From IMG/VR virus record IMGVR_UViG_3300011008_000045, positions 1-64,000 of that record: a DNA stretch of 64,000 bases; one strand, written 5' to 3'. Positions within the stretch are counted from its first letter, which is position 1. Every line of letters starts with the position of its first letter. A model generated the notes under the pieces. That model did no database searches. It was given only the letters and a program-made list of their open reading frames with translations, and was not told the origin of the DNA. Of the stretch, positions 1 through 9,984 are shown piece by piece. The stretch is from a virus. Lineage: Duplodnaviria; Caudoviricetes. The position numbers and the translations under genes were made by a program.

Positions 1-85
1 ATAATAATCCAGTATATAATTTCGAGAATATTATCCAGACTGGATTACGTATAAACCCAATTCACATATTATAGAATTCCGGTTT

Positions 86-727
86 TTGAAAAATTTTAAA
101 CGAGATGGTGAAAAAATGACTGACGACGAAAGATTTAATACTTATAATTTTTTTCAAAGTAATTCTGATTTGTTAGAAGAGTATAATAAACTTAAAAAAG
201 ATAATATTATTATAAAATCACTTAAATTTGAAAATAATTTATTTTTATGCCATAATCCGTCAATATATATTAATGGAAACAAGATAAGACAAACAGATTG
301 TAGCACAAGAGCTATTGCTACATTACTTGATCGTCCATGGCAAGAAATTTTTGATATGCAATTAGAATTAGCTAAGAAATATTCAGTTTTACCTCATAAT
401 AATGAAATAATAAATACTATATTAAAATCATACGGATATCAACATGAAAAATGTGAGTTATTTGTACGTGAACACAAAAGAGTAGTAAATTATATTTTAA
501 AACATCCAAAATATAAATTTGCTTTTTATATTAATCATCATATATTAGCATATAAAAATTATACTTTATATGATGATTGGTATTATAATAATAAATGTAC
601 AGAAAATGATCCATTACATCCGTTTAATAAATTTATAACTGCATTGTTTGCGTCATTACGTAGAGTTTCATATAAAAATGATGAGGAGCGTGACGATTCT
701 TGGAGTCTGGACTTTTTAAAATCATAA
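86..727 (+). CDS. Hypothetical phage protein (DC-x-x-RAI motif family)
   Basis: 213-aa ORF, likely start ATG 116; TDCSTRAIA motif with downstream His residues. Confidence 0.6.
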   Translation: MKNFKRDGEKMTDDERFNTYNFFQSNSDLLEEYNKLKKDNIIIKSLKFENNLFLCHNPSIYINGNKIRQTDCSTRAIATLLDRPWQEIFDMQLELAKKYSVLPHNNEIINTILKSYGYQHEKCELFVREHKRVVNYILKHPKYKFAFYINHHILAYKNYTLYDDWYYNNKCTENDPLHPFNKFITALFASLRRVSYKNDEERDDSWSLDFLKS

Positions 728-1812
728 CAATATCTGATATTCATTTTGGTTCATTAGATCCAGCATATACTTATGAGATATTACAAAAGCAATTTTTAAG
801 TTCTATATCTAATATAGATTTTAATATCTGTGCTATATGCGGAGATCTATTTGATGCTAAGTATATGAGTAATAATCCTATAATAAGTTATACGTTAACC
901 TTTATAGATGAATTGGTACAAATATGCCAAGCTAAAAATGCATCTCTAGTATTATTAGATGGAACTGGATCTCATGATAATGGACAACTTAGATTATTTT
1001 ATCATTATCTATCTAATCCATTAATAGATATTCATATAGTAGAAAATATACAATTCGAAACCATCAAAGGACTACGAGTATTATGTATTCCTGAACGTTA
1101 TGGAGTATCTGAAGAATTTTATAAAGAAATATTATTTGATTCTGGTTATTATGATATGTGTTTTCTACACGGTACTTTCAGAGGAAGTTTCAAAGGATCT
1201 GAAATAGCTACATTGAAATCTAATCATGCTCCAGTATTTTCATTAGCTTCGTTTTGTAATTGTGGTGGTCCGATATTAATGGGTCATTATCATATTTCTG
1301 GTTGCTATGAAGGATATGCATATTATAATGGAAGTCCGTTAAGATGGGAACATGGACAAGAACAAGAAAAAGGTTTTCTAATAACTTTATATAATAAAAA
1401 TACTCGATGGCATTATACTCAATTAATACCAATTAAATCATATTCTTATATAACTTTAAATGTTAATGATATGATGATGCATGATCCTAAAGAAATTATA
1501 GATTATGTATTACGTTATAAAGAAATGTATAATATAGATTATATTAGATTAACATTTAATAATTATAATGAAAATATGAATGTAGTTCGGAATTATTTCA
1601 GAACTAATCAGTATATAACTCTAGAAGAATTAAAGCATCAAGAGAAACAGCTTGATGAAATTAATAAAAATATTATAGAACAAAATGAGCAGTATGCTTA
1701 TATTACAGATAATAAGATAGATGATTATTCTAAATTCGTTATGTATATAAATAATAACGAAGGTCGAGAATTTATTACTGTAGAAGAGCTACTTAAACTT
1801 TTAGAGTTATAA
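700..1812 (+). CDS. Mre11/SbcD-like metallophosphoesterase nuclease
   Basis: SDIHFG, GDLFD, GTGSHD, LHG, GHYH and YNGSP motifs. Confidence 0.85.
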   Translation: MESGLFKIITISDIHFGSLDPAYTYEILQKQFLSSISNIDFNICAICGDLFDAKYMSNNPIISYTLTFIDELVQICQAKNASLVLLDGTGSHDNGQLRLFYHYLSNPLIDIHIVENIQFETIKGLRVLCIPERYGVSEEFYKEILFDSGYYDMCFLHGTFRGSFKGSEIATLKSNHAPVFSLASFCNCGGPILMGHYHISGCYEGYAYYNGSPLRWEHGQEQEKGFLITLYNKNTRWHYTQLIPIKSYSYITLNVNDMMMHDPKEIIDYVLRYKEMYNIDYIRLTFNNYNENMNVVRNYFRTNQYITLEELKHQEKQLDEINKNIIEQNEQYAYITDNKIDDYSKFVMYINNNEGREFITVEELLKLLEL

Positions 1813-1922
1813 TTTTATATAAAGATATATAAAGTGAGAAAGATTTGTAAATATAAAACATGAATGACATGTCGGTAATCGAAATATAGTATTTTTATTT
1901 TATCTAAGGAAGTGAAATTTAC

Positions 1923-3716
1923 GTGGATGAACGTTTCGGTTATCTAAAAGATTCTAAAGAAAAGAAAGATCCCACAATACGTGATTTTACTTTTGATATT
2001 TCCGAGTTAGCATTATTAGCATCTTATGTTATAAGTGATAATAAAAATATTACTAGAAGTGCTCTAGAGAATATAAGAAAAGTTATGAAACTAATAGATG
2101 TTAAAGCTATTGGTAATGATCGTCTACACTATATAGATTTCATTAATAAAGGATTAGAAGCTAGAATAGATTATAACTTAAGAGATAGATCTATGATACT
2201 GTCTCATATTTCTGGTGGTCTTGGTACTCCTGAAGATGAAAATAAGTATGAAGAATTAAATAATTCTGAAATAACATGGGTTAATGAATCTATAATATAT
2301 ATGTTAAAATATAGTTATATACAAAGACAAATAGAACCTTTCATGGATCTTGCTACAAAATTTAAAGCTGCTCAACCAATAGATAGATCTGAGATAGTTG
2401 ATGAGATGTGTAGCTGGGTAGATTTATTTCAAAATCATATGAGAGAAGCTAAAGTATTAACTTTAGAAGAAGAGCCATTTTATTTAAAAGATGGTAAAGC
2501 TTTAAATATGATAAGAGATGTATATCTACAAGCTATAAATCCATCTAGCTTCTTAAGATTTGGAACTGCTGCATTAAATCTAATAACCGGTGGAGGATTA
2601 TATGGTCAGAAAGTATATGTAATCCTAGGCTTACCTGGTGAAGGCAAAAGCGCCTTGCTTTTGGATATGGCTATACAAGTAAAAAGATATAATCGAGGTT
2701 ATATTTGTAAAGATCCTACGAAGAAGCCATGCGTATTATTATCATTAATGGAAAATTCTATTAAAGAAACCATTGAACGATTATATAATATGCTTACATA
2801 TCATAGTATTAAAGAGTGCATATCTGCAGATGCAGCAGTAAAAGAATTTATGGAAAAAGGTTTAAGAATTACTGATGAAGATCCAATAGATTTAGTAATA
2901 GATTTTAAACCGATGCTATCACAAGATACTTCTTATCTTCATAAAAGAATTGATGATTTATCTGATGAGGGTTATGAAGTTATATGTGTATTCCAAGATT
3001 ATCTTAAATGTATTCATTCCGTCAAAGGTAGTTTTAATGGAGATTTTAGACGAGAACTCGGAGCTATAATAAGTGAATTTAAAATCTTAGCGACTCTGAA
3101 AGATATTCCAGTAGTTACAGCATCTCAGCTTAACAGAGAAGCAACATCTAAAATAGATAATGCTAGGAATATAAATAAGTCTGATTTAGTTCGAATGCTT
3201 GGAAGAGCTAATGTAGCAGAATCTAATTTGATATTAGAAAATGCTGATTGGATAGCTCAGATAACTCCAGAGAATGATAGTTTAGATGGAGTTAAATATC
3301 TTGGCATAAAAAGAGTTAAAAATAGATATTATATATCCGAAGCTTGTAGCGTATATTTCATGCCATATATTAGTAGAACTGTAAAATTAGTTGAAGATAT
3401 TGATATGCCGCAACCAACATATAAAGAATCGTTAGTTACTGATAATGGTTCTGCTCAATTAAATAATGGAATGAGTACTAATATTATTGGTAGTGCTGCA
3501 AAATCTGTTAAAGTTATATCTAATAAAGATAGTACTATTAATCTGGATCAAACTAGTGATAATATATTTGTTGGTGCAACTGGTTATGCTGCTAGAGATG
3601 TCAGCAAACAAATAATTCAACTAGATAACCAATGGCTATATAATAATAAGTATAAAAGTATTAGTTTTAATAATCCTAATGAAAGAAAACAAATGTATGA
3701 ATTAGTTAAAAAATAA
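1923..3716 (+). CDS. dnaB: DnaB-like replicative helicase
   Basis: Walker A GLPGEGKS, SLMEN, FQDYL, TASQLNR and VKNRY motifs. Confidence 0.9.
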   Translation: MDERFGYLKDSKEKKDPTIRDFTFDISELALLASYVISDNKNITRSALENIRKVMKLIDVKAIGNDRLHYIDFINKGLEARIDYNLRDRSMILSHISGGLGTPEDENKYEELNNSEITWVNESIIYMLKYSYIQRQIEPFMDLATKFKAAQPIDRSEIVDEMCSWVDLFQNHMREAKVLTLEEEPFYLKDGKALNMIRDVYLQAINPSSFLRFGTAALNLITGGGLYGQKVYVILGLPGEGKSALLLDMAIQVKRYNRGYICKDPTKKPCVLLSLMENSIKETIERLYNMLTYHSIKECISADAAVKEFMEKGLRITDEDPIDLVIDFKPMLSQDTSYLHKRIDDLSDEGYEVICVFQDYLKCIHSVKGSFNGDFRRELGAIISEFKILATLKDIPVVTASQLNREATSKIDNARNINKSDLVRMLGRANVAESNLILENADWIAQITPENDSLDGVKYLGIKRVKNRYYISEACSVYFMPYISRTVKLVEDIDMPQPTYKESLVTDNGSAQLNNGMSTNIIGSAAKSVKVISNKDSTINLDQTSDNIFVGATGYAARDVSKQIIQLDNQWLYNNKYKSISFNNPNERKQMYELVKK

Positions 3717-3723
3717 ATACAAT

Positions 3724-3754
3724 TTATCCCTAGCTTATTATAAGCTAGGGATAA
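3724..3754. terminator. Bidirectional intrinsic terminator
   Basis: ttatccctagctta/taagctagggataa inverted repeat between convergent genes, followed by a T-run. Confidence 0.75.
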
Positions 3755-3808
3755 TTTTTTGTATAATTTAAAAAGATTGAACGTGTAGATATATTAATTA
3801 TCTACATG

Positions 3809-4258
3809 TCATGAATTGTAAGCTTTAATAGCTGCATTATTAGCATTAAATAAATAATTAACTAATTCTTTTATTTTTGTTGGATCTATTAATATAACAT
3901 CTTTTCTATTGAATTGTCTTACACTATACATATCATTTATTAGTAGTAATAATGTACCAAGTTCAGCACAACCATATAGATCAAATGCTACAAGTTTAGG
4001 TTTATACTTATATTTTAAAAATTGATTATCATCAAATGTATATTTAGCTGAATATTCTTCTTTAATATCATCTATATAATCTGATAATATATTATATGAA
4101 GAAAATCTTAACCATCTACCTATACCGTCGTAATAAAATTCGTCTTTAAATGAGAAGTTATAATATGATGGTTCTGTTGATGATTGACATGCTATAAATT
4201 TATCTATAGTATCAGTCTTCTCTGGAGTATTAAATGTATATGAATTTACTATTGCCAT
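3809..4258 (-). CDS. Baseplate wedge protein, T4 gp53/LysM-like
   Basis: YKYKPKLVAFDLYG-x-x-EL-x-x-LLLLIN resembles the gp53-like RPD-x-(I/L)-x-x-x-x-YG motif. Confidence 0.6.
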   Translation of the reverse strand: MAIVNSYTFNTPEKTDTIDKFIACQSSTEPSYYNFSFKDEFYYDGIGRWLRFSSYNILSDYIDDIKEEYSAKYTFDDNQFLKYKYKPKLVAFDLYGCAELGTLLLLINDMYSVRQFNRKDVILIDPTKIKELVNYLFNANNAAIKAYNS

Positions 4259-4269
4259 ATTAAATCACC

Positions 4270-5538
4270 TCATTTATTCATTATAGCACTAGTTATTTTT
4301 TCTGTTATAGTTCTACCACCTTGTTTGGTAAGATAACCATAACTATTAGTATTAGCTATAAAACTTTCTAATGCTTTAGTTTTATTATCACCATCAGTAG
4401 ATGGTTGTTGAAAATAATTATAATCTGGACTAATTGCTTTAACGGATTTACTTAATAATGTACTAGTATTAAATACTCCTGATATTGTGTTAGCAACAGT
4501 ATTTAATACATTCCCTGTAGCACCACTAACCATATCAGTTATATTACTAGTTATATTAGATAAATTTCCACTACTAATAGATTTAGTTAAATTACTTAAC
4601 TCTGAAGCATTGGTAATATTAGTTATATTACTTAATCCACTAAGTCCATTACTAAGTGATCCTAAATTATTAGTAACATTATTTGCAAATTTAGATAATC
4701 CACTAAGACTATTATTAATATTACTTAAACTATTAGTAATATTTCCTAGAGTATCACTTATACCTTGAGTTAATCCTCCGATACTATTACTAATAGCACT
4801 ATTTAAATTATTTCCTAAAGCATTTCCGAGTCCACTACCCACACTCCCCAGAGTAGAACCTATAGCATTACTAATGCCACCTATTGAATTACCTATAGAA
4901 TTTGTTACTGAACCTATAGCACTACCAATACCACCTATAGAAGAACCTATAGAGCCTGTTGCTGAGCTGATTGCTCCACCAATAGAACCTCCTCCGACAT
5001 TAGATGCTATTCCTCCGAGACCACCTAAACCGCCTGATTTAGTATATGGATTAGGAACAATATCTAATATATTTTCTAAATGAGGTCTACCATGATGGTG
5101 GCAATAAATATTTTTATCATTTTTATAACAGCTCTTTAAAATAGCTTGTTCTCTTTTATTTAACATTATTATTTCTATTATATAATGAGCTAAACATTCG
5201 GCTGGATTAGGAATACTTGCATTATAATCATATCGGCCTATGATGCGCATATCATTAAGATTCCCTCCAACAGATGCTACTAAAAATCTTGTTCCTTCGG
5301 CAACAACATCAGAACCCCAACAGAATGTATATTCATACGGAACATATAATTCTATATATACATCATCCGATGTTTGTGTACTATTAATATTATTTTTATC
5401 TGTCATCAGCGGAGGAATCTTAAATTTAGCAAATCCAGGAATAAATGATTTTATAGGTTCTTGCAATACAGCAATTTCTATTCTTAAATTATCTATTTCG
5501 TTATAAGATTGTACTGGATCTCTTTGTTCATTAGCCAA
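4270..5538 (-). CDS. Putative baseplate/virion protein with Gly/Ser/Asn-rich repeats
   Basis: 422 aa; beta-rich N-terminus then ~11-residue G/S/N/I repeats; co-oriented with the gp53-like gene. Confidence 0.5.
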   Translation of the reverse strand: MANEQRDPVQSYNEIDNLRIEIAVLQEPIKSFIPGFAKFKIPPLMTDKNNINSTQTSDDVYIELYVPYEYTFCWGSDVVAEGTRFLVASVGGNLNDMRIIGRYDYNASIPNPAECLAHYIIEIIMLNKREQAILKSCYKNDKNIYCHHHGRPHLENILDIVPNPYTKSGGLGGLGGIASNVGGGSIGGAISSATGSIGSSIGGIGSAIGSVTNSIGNSIGGISNAIGSTLGSVGSGLGNALGNNLNSAISNSIGGLTQGISDTLGNITNSLSNINNSLSGLSKFANNVTNNLGSLSNGLSGLSNITNITNASELSNLTKSISSGNLSNITSNITDMVSGATGNVLNTVANTISGVFNTSTLLSKSVKAISPDYNYFQQPSTDGDNKTKALESFIANTNSYGYLTKQGGRTITEKITSAIMNK

Positions 5539-5565
5539 AATTTATCACCTCTTAAACTTATAATT

Positions 5566-5579
5566 AATTATATATTATA
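5566..5579 (+). promoter_or_regulatory. Early-type phage promoter motif AATT(A/G)TATATTAT (representative copy)
   Basis: Copies upstream of genes at 5566, 7482, 9874, 15651, 27577, 32402 (GATT), 40548, 43038, 46682, 52845 and 62862; TATATTA core as in phiKZ-type early promoters. Confidence 0.75.
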
Positions 5580-5618
5580 TAACTATAATAACATATAAAT
5601 TATTTATTTTAATAAGAT

Positions 5619-6149
5619 GTGATTTCAATAACTTTTAGAAAGGATAATATAGTTATGAAGAAACGTGAATTAGCATTTTATGAATTAAAAATAGCTTTTA
5701 ATGATATAGCACTAAGGGAGTTAGGATTATCTGTTGATGATGAAGACCATGTATGTGATGATGAATCTGAAACTATATTAACTATTAAAGATAGTTATTT
5801 AAAATATTCTGATGAAGAGTATCCTATAATTAATCATGGTGAAATAGAGCTTAATTTATTAGAAAATCCTCATCTTATGGAAATTCTTTTCGGAGTATGG
5901 GTAAAGCGTAGAGCCGAATCTAAAGGATTAAAAATAGTATCATTCTATCAATCATCTATACGTGGTACTGATAGGGCTCAATTCATAGTAAATTATGAAC
6001 AGCCTGATTCTAGTATTAGTGAATCTAAATCCGATTTATTTGTTAATGAGAGTGTTAGAATATTAAATCTAATATGTAAATTAAATCATACAGATCATCT
6101 CTATGATTTTAAGACATTTGATATCGATTTAAAGAAAAATAAAAAGTAA
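5619..6149 (+). CDS. Hypothetical protein
   Basis: ORF with aagga RBS; likely start ATG 5655. Confidence 0.7.
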   Translation: MISITFRKDNIVMKKRELAFYELKIAFNDIALRELGLSVDDEDHVCDDESETILTIKDSYLKYSDEEYPIINHGEIELNLLENPHLMEILFGVWVKRRAESKGLKIVSFYQSSIRGTDRAQFIVNYEQPDSSISESKSDLFVNESVRILNLICKLNHTDHLYDFKTFDIDLKKNKK

Positions 6150-6156
6150 TACTATC

Positions 6157-7476
6157 ATGAAATTCACATTAGAACAAGAGTATATAATAAATCGTGCTGT
6201 TAATTGGTTTTATAGTGAACCTGACAATCAAGTATTTCAATATGCTGGTTCTCCAGGAACTGGAAAATCTGTAGTATTAAATGAAATAGTAAAACGTTTA
6301 GGATTAGATATTGAAACCGAAGTTATGCCTATGGCATATATTGGTTCTGCAGCATTAAATATGCGTAAATATGGATTAACATCTGCTAGGACTGCTCATA
6401 GCTGGTTATATGAACTTGTTGAAATGCCTAAGATAGATTCTAATGGTAATTATATTTATAGAGATACTGGTGCTGTAGTGATGGAAAAACGTTTCATGCC
6501 TAAGAGAAGTATTCCTATGTTTATAAGACTTATAATAGTTGATGAAGCGTACTGCATGCCATTATCAATGAAAAAGACTATATTAAAACATGGAGTAAAA
6601 GTATTAGCATGCGGAGATACAAATCAACTTCCACCAGTAGCAGATAAACCTGCCTTTCTAGTAGATGGAGAAATATTATATTTAACTCAAATACTTCGTC
6701 AAGGAGATAGAGATGATATAATATTTTTAGCTAATAGACGAATGAATAATTTGCCTATAAATAAGGGGTATTATGGTCATTCTTTAGTAATAGATAGAGA
6801 AGAATTAACCGATGAGATGTTTCTATGGGCTGATGCTGTGATATGTGGAACTAATAGAACTAGAGATATTATTAATAACCATATAAGATATATTAGAGGT
6901 TATAATACAATATTACCGATGTATGGAGAAAAGTTAGTCTGTAGAAATAATAATTGGTTAATGACTTCTACTACTCCGGATGGGTATCAAGTAGCTCTAG
7001 TTAATGGTCTCATAGGAAAAGTTATAAATCAGCCATCTATAGATTCATATAATTATCGAGAGAAAACATTTAATGTCGTATTTAAATCAGATATTATAGA
7101 TTGTAGTTTTAATGCCTATGCTAATTTTGATTATCTTGTAGCTGACAATGAAATGAGACAGAAAATTAAAAATATTAATGCAGGATATGTATTCGGTCAA
7201 TTATTCGAATTTGCTTACTGTATTACATGTCATATTGCTCAAGGATCTCAATTCGATAAAGTTATATTTATAGAAGAATATATGGGAGATTTGCAGTCTG
7301 CTATAAATCTTGTCGGAGCAACACGAGCAGTAAAACAATTAATATATGTAAGAAATAATTTTAAGAAATGGCAAGAATATCCAGAAGATCCTGATTTAAA
7401 ACAACAGATAGCTAAATGTAGAGAAAGATTACAACTTAGAGATCAAATGTTTTATTCCAGAAATAAGTTAAATTAA
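6157..7476 (+). CDS. Dda/RecD2-like SF1 helicase
   Basis: GSPGTGKS, IIVDEA, GDTNQLPPV, LTQILRQ, TCHIAQGSQF and TRA motifs. Confidence 0.9.
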   Translation: MKFTLEQEYIINRAVNWFYSEPDNQVFQYAGSPGTGKSVVLNEIVKRLGLDIETEVMPMAYIGSAALNMRKYGLTSARTAHSWLYELVEMPKIDSNGNYIYRDTGAVVMEKRFMPKRSIPMFIRLIIVDEAYCMPLSMKKTILKHGVKVLACGDTNQLPPVADKPAFLVDGEILYLTQILRQGDRDDIIFLANRRMNNLPINKGYYGHSLVIDREELTDEMFLWADAVICGTNRTRDIINNHIRYIRGYNTILPMYGEKLVCRNNNWLMTSTTPDGYQVALVNGLIGKVINQPSIDSYNYREKTFNVVFKSDIIDCSFNAYANFDYLVADNEMRQKIKNINAGYVFGQLFEFAYCITCHIAQGSQFDKVIFIEEYMGDLQSAINLVGATRAVKQLIYVRNNFKKWQEYPEDPDLKQQIAKCRERLQLRDQMFYSRNKLN

Positions 7477-7515
7477 ATTTTAATTATATATTATATATTT
7501 ATAGGAGGTGTAATT

Positions 7516-7899
7516 ATGAAAAAAATTTATTTATCACGGCCATTAGACCCGGCCATGAAAGAACAAACAAGATTAATTGAAAAACTATTATTAAAATTTT
7601 TAGATGATAAGAAGCTAATACTCGATCAGAATAATATGTATAAAATTATTCATGATTGGGCATGGTCTACCGACAGTAGTAAGAATGATTTTCTTACTAG
7701 AGCATCTTTAATATCTAAACGCATTCGTTATATGTCTGAAGCAGATTATTTTATATTTTTAGAACAATGGATGGATTTACCTGAGTGTAAAATAGATTGG
7801 GATATATTGATGAGTTATAATATGACTAATCATATTACATTGGTAATGAAAGATGGAGAACTTAGATTAGCAGAAGGATTACCCCAGAGGAGAATTTAA
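7516..7899 (+). CDS. Nucleoside deoxyribosyltransferase-like (DUF4406-like) protein
   Basis: KIYLSRP...ADYFIFLEQW...C-x-x-D pattern; aggaggt RBS. Confidence 0.45.
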   Translation: MKKIYLSRPLDPAMKEQTRLIEKLLLKFLDDKKLILDQNNMYKIIHDWAWSTDSSKNDFLTRASLISKRIRYMSEADYFIFLEQWMDLPECKIDWDILMSYNMTNHITLVMKDGELRLAEGLPQRRI

Positions 7900-7900
7900 A

Positions 7901-8419
7901 ATGTTAGTAATGAAATCTACACCATTTAGTAATATTGAAGAATCAAAACAAATGTATGAATTAGTAAAACAGCCAGAGAAGGAAGTAAAAGCTGTTAAGT
8001 TATCTAATATAAAAGATCCTGAAGAAAAAGAATATCTAGTATGCTTATTTTATGATGATAGTGATAGTGCTTATACTTCATGGGATATTTATAAAGGTAG
8101 AACTCAAGCATATCAAGAAATACTCGAAGCTATTCGTAACGGAGATTATAATTTTGGTAATGATTGTGTTAATATTAACTATTCATTTGTTCTCGTCGAA
8201 GGAGCTAAATTAGAAGAAAGAGTAACATTATATGATTTTATGAAATATTGTAAAAATTTCTATAATGACGGATTCGATATAGATGATTATATTGATGATG
8301 AAAACCATACTGAACCTGCGGGGATAGCTAATCCTGATAAGGTTGATAATAATCTGTTGAACATGATATCTCTTATGAATAAAGAGTACGATCAACAGGA
8401 TATTTATAGTGAGGAATAA
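7901..8419 (+). CDS. Hypothetical acidic protein
   Basis: gagga RBS; N-terminal KQMYELVK motif shared with the DnaB C-terminus. Confidence 0.7.
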   Translation: MLVMKSTPFSNIEESKQMYELVKQPEKEVKAVKLSNIKDPEEKEYLVCLFYDDSDSAYTSWDIYKGRTQAYQEILEAIRNGDYNFGNDCVNINYSFVLVEGAKLEERVTLYDFMKYCKNFYNDGFDIDDYIDDENHTEPAGIANPDKVDNNLLNMISLMNKEYDQQDIYSEE

Positions 8420-8690
8420 AATGGAAGACTATAATTTATTATTATATATAAAGTATAAAGATGGTAATATTACTTATTTAAATCAATTACATTCATTATT
8501 AGGTCTATATACAACAATAAAAATGTTGTTAGAAACTAAAAATGATTTAATAATTAAAGATAAATCTTATATAATAAATACTACTAGTACTGGAGAACAA
8601 AAATTTAGTCTCGAAGAATTTGTTGATTACTGCGAAAAACTTAATACTACTTGGAGGGATGATTATGCCAGTATACAAACCACAAAATAA
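8409..8690 (+). CDS. Hypothetical protein
   Basis: In-operon ORF, likely start ATG 8421. Confidence 0.6.
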   Translation: MRNKMEDYNLLLYIKYKDGNITYLNQLHSLLGLYTTIKMLLETKNDLIIKDKSYIINTTSTGEQKFSLEEFVDYCEKLNTTWRDDYASIQTTK

Positions 8691-9168
8691 ACGAAAAAGT
8701 TTTTTTGAAGAACAGAGAGCTGCAAATCTAAATCCGAATTTTGTTAATTCTTTAGACTTTAATTATTTACGTCAGTCTGTTAAACGTATAGTTAAAGATA
8801 TTGCTGATGGGAATATAATTCCAGAAGATTATAAGTATCTTACTAATTATAATATTCTTAATGCATGTATTCAAGAATCTTATGAAAATTATCAGATTAA
8901 TAAATGCCTAAGACATGCATTAACTTATTATAGATATATTGGGTTAACCAATAGAGTGGGTCTTGAACCTGATGTAGATGTTAATACCGATATGACTACA
9001 TCTGGTCTAGAATTAACTAAAGTGCAGAACAGAGAAAATACTTGGTTTATAATTTTTAATACATTCCAGGCATTATCTAATAATATTAATAATCATATAC
9101 CTATGGATATTATGCAGATACTTTCTAATATAATACGAATAGATAAGAATAGTATTAGAAATTTATAA
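8620..9168 (+). CDS. Hypothetical protein
   Basis: ggaggg RBS before ATG 8665. Confidence 0.7.
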   Translation: MLITAKNLILLGGMIMPVYKPQNKRKSFFEEQRAANLNPNFVNSLDFNYLRQSVKRIVKDIADGNIIPEDYKYLTNYNILNACIQESYENYQINKCLRHALTYYRYIGLTNRVGLEPDVDVNTDMTTSGLELTKVQNRENTWFIIFNTFQALSNNINNHIPMDIMQILSNIIRIDKNSIRNL

Positions 9169-9202
9169 ATTATTATACATAATGGTAATTTTCATTGCTG
9201 AA

Positions 9203-9214
9203 ACATGAAAATAA
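9203..9214 (+). promoter_or_regulatory. Late-type promoter motif ACA-N6-TAA (representative copy)
   Basis: Upstream copies at 9203, 18152, 25981, 27627, 36288, 48311, 51459, 55093, 59718 (+) and 23026-23037, 43003-43014 (-); resembles the AR9 nvRNAP consensus AACA-N6-TA. Confidence 0.55.
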
Positions 9215-9259
9215 ATTTACACTATATACCCTTATAGGTATTATTTATTTTCTAAAGGA

Positions 9260-9856
9260 GTGAGATGTATAATGGCTGATCACACTAATAAAGAAGTGGT
9301 TATAGCAATGAGAAATGCTCTTAAAGCCGGTACCAATTGGCCTATAAAAGTGTATGCTGATAATACATTTATAATAGTAAATGAAGCTAACACAGCATCA
9401 TTTACTAAATGGGATGATGAAATGGGAGTATTATATTATTTTAGATTAGCAGATCCAATAAGTTCTAAACAAACTCATGATAATCCTAAAGTAATATCTG
9501 TAGCTGCTGTTAAATATGAATTTATACAGGCTATGGAAGTAGTCCCATTCCCATTATCTAAAGTAGATGATATTATGGATTCTATAGAATCTTCATCTGG
9601 TGAAGCAACTAAATTCGCTGATAACTTTAGAGAACGTATTAAGCATGTATTCAATGCTGTACTTGATTTCAAAGGAGCAGAAAATTATCCTGCATTGATT
9701 AATGCCATTCATGGAGCTACAGATGCTGTTCCTATGGCGAATGATTATTATGCTGGTAGAAATAATGTTCCATTCAAAGAGACTATTGAAGTAAGAAGAC
9801 ATAATGAAGAAGTAAAAAAGACTAAAGAATTCGAAGCAAATAAGCAAAATGGTTAA
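9260..9856 (+). CDS. Hypothetical protein
   Basis: aaggag RBS; 198 aa. Confidence 0.7.
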   Translation: MRCIMADHTNKEVVIAMRNALKAGTNWPIKVYADNTFIIVNEANTASFTKWDDEMGVLYYFRLADPISSKQTHDNPKVISVAAVKYEFIQAMEVVPFPLSKVDDIMDSIESSSGEATKFADNFRERIKHVFNAVLDFKGAENYPALINAIHGATDAVPMANDYYAGRNNVPFKETIEVRRHNEEVKKTKEFEANKQNG

Positions 9857-9984
9857 GGCTTAATCGAAATTTTAATTGTATATTATTATAATGAGGACTA
9901 CATAAAGGTACTAACTTTTATAAGTTCTCATTTATATTTAATATAAATATCTTAATAATTTTATTTTTATAGGAGGATTTTTAC

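Noticed and set aside
4487-5506. Short antisense or alternative-frame ORFs (4487, 4874, 5240; likewise 9475, 10537, 25107, 38022, 47248, 60181-62452)
   Set aside because: Shadow ORFs overlapping longer, RBS-supported genes.
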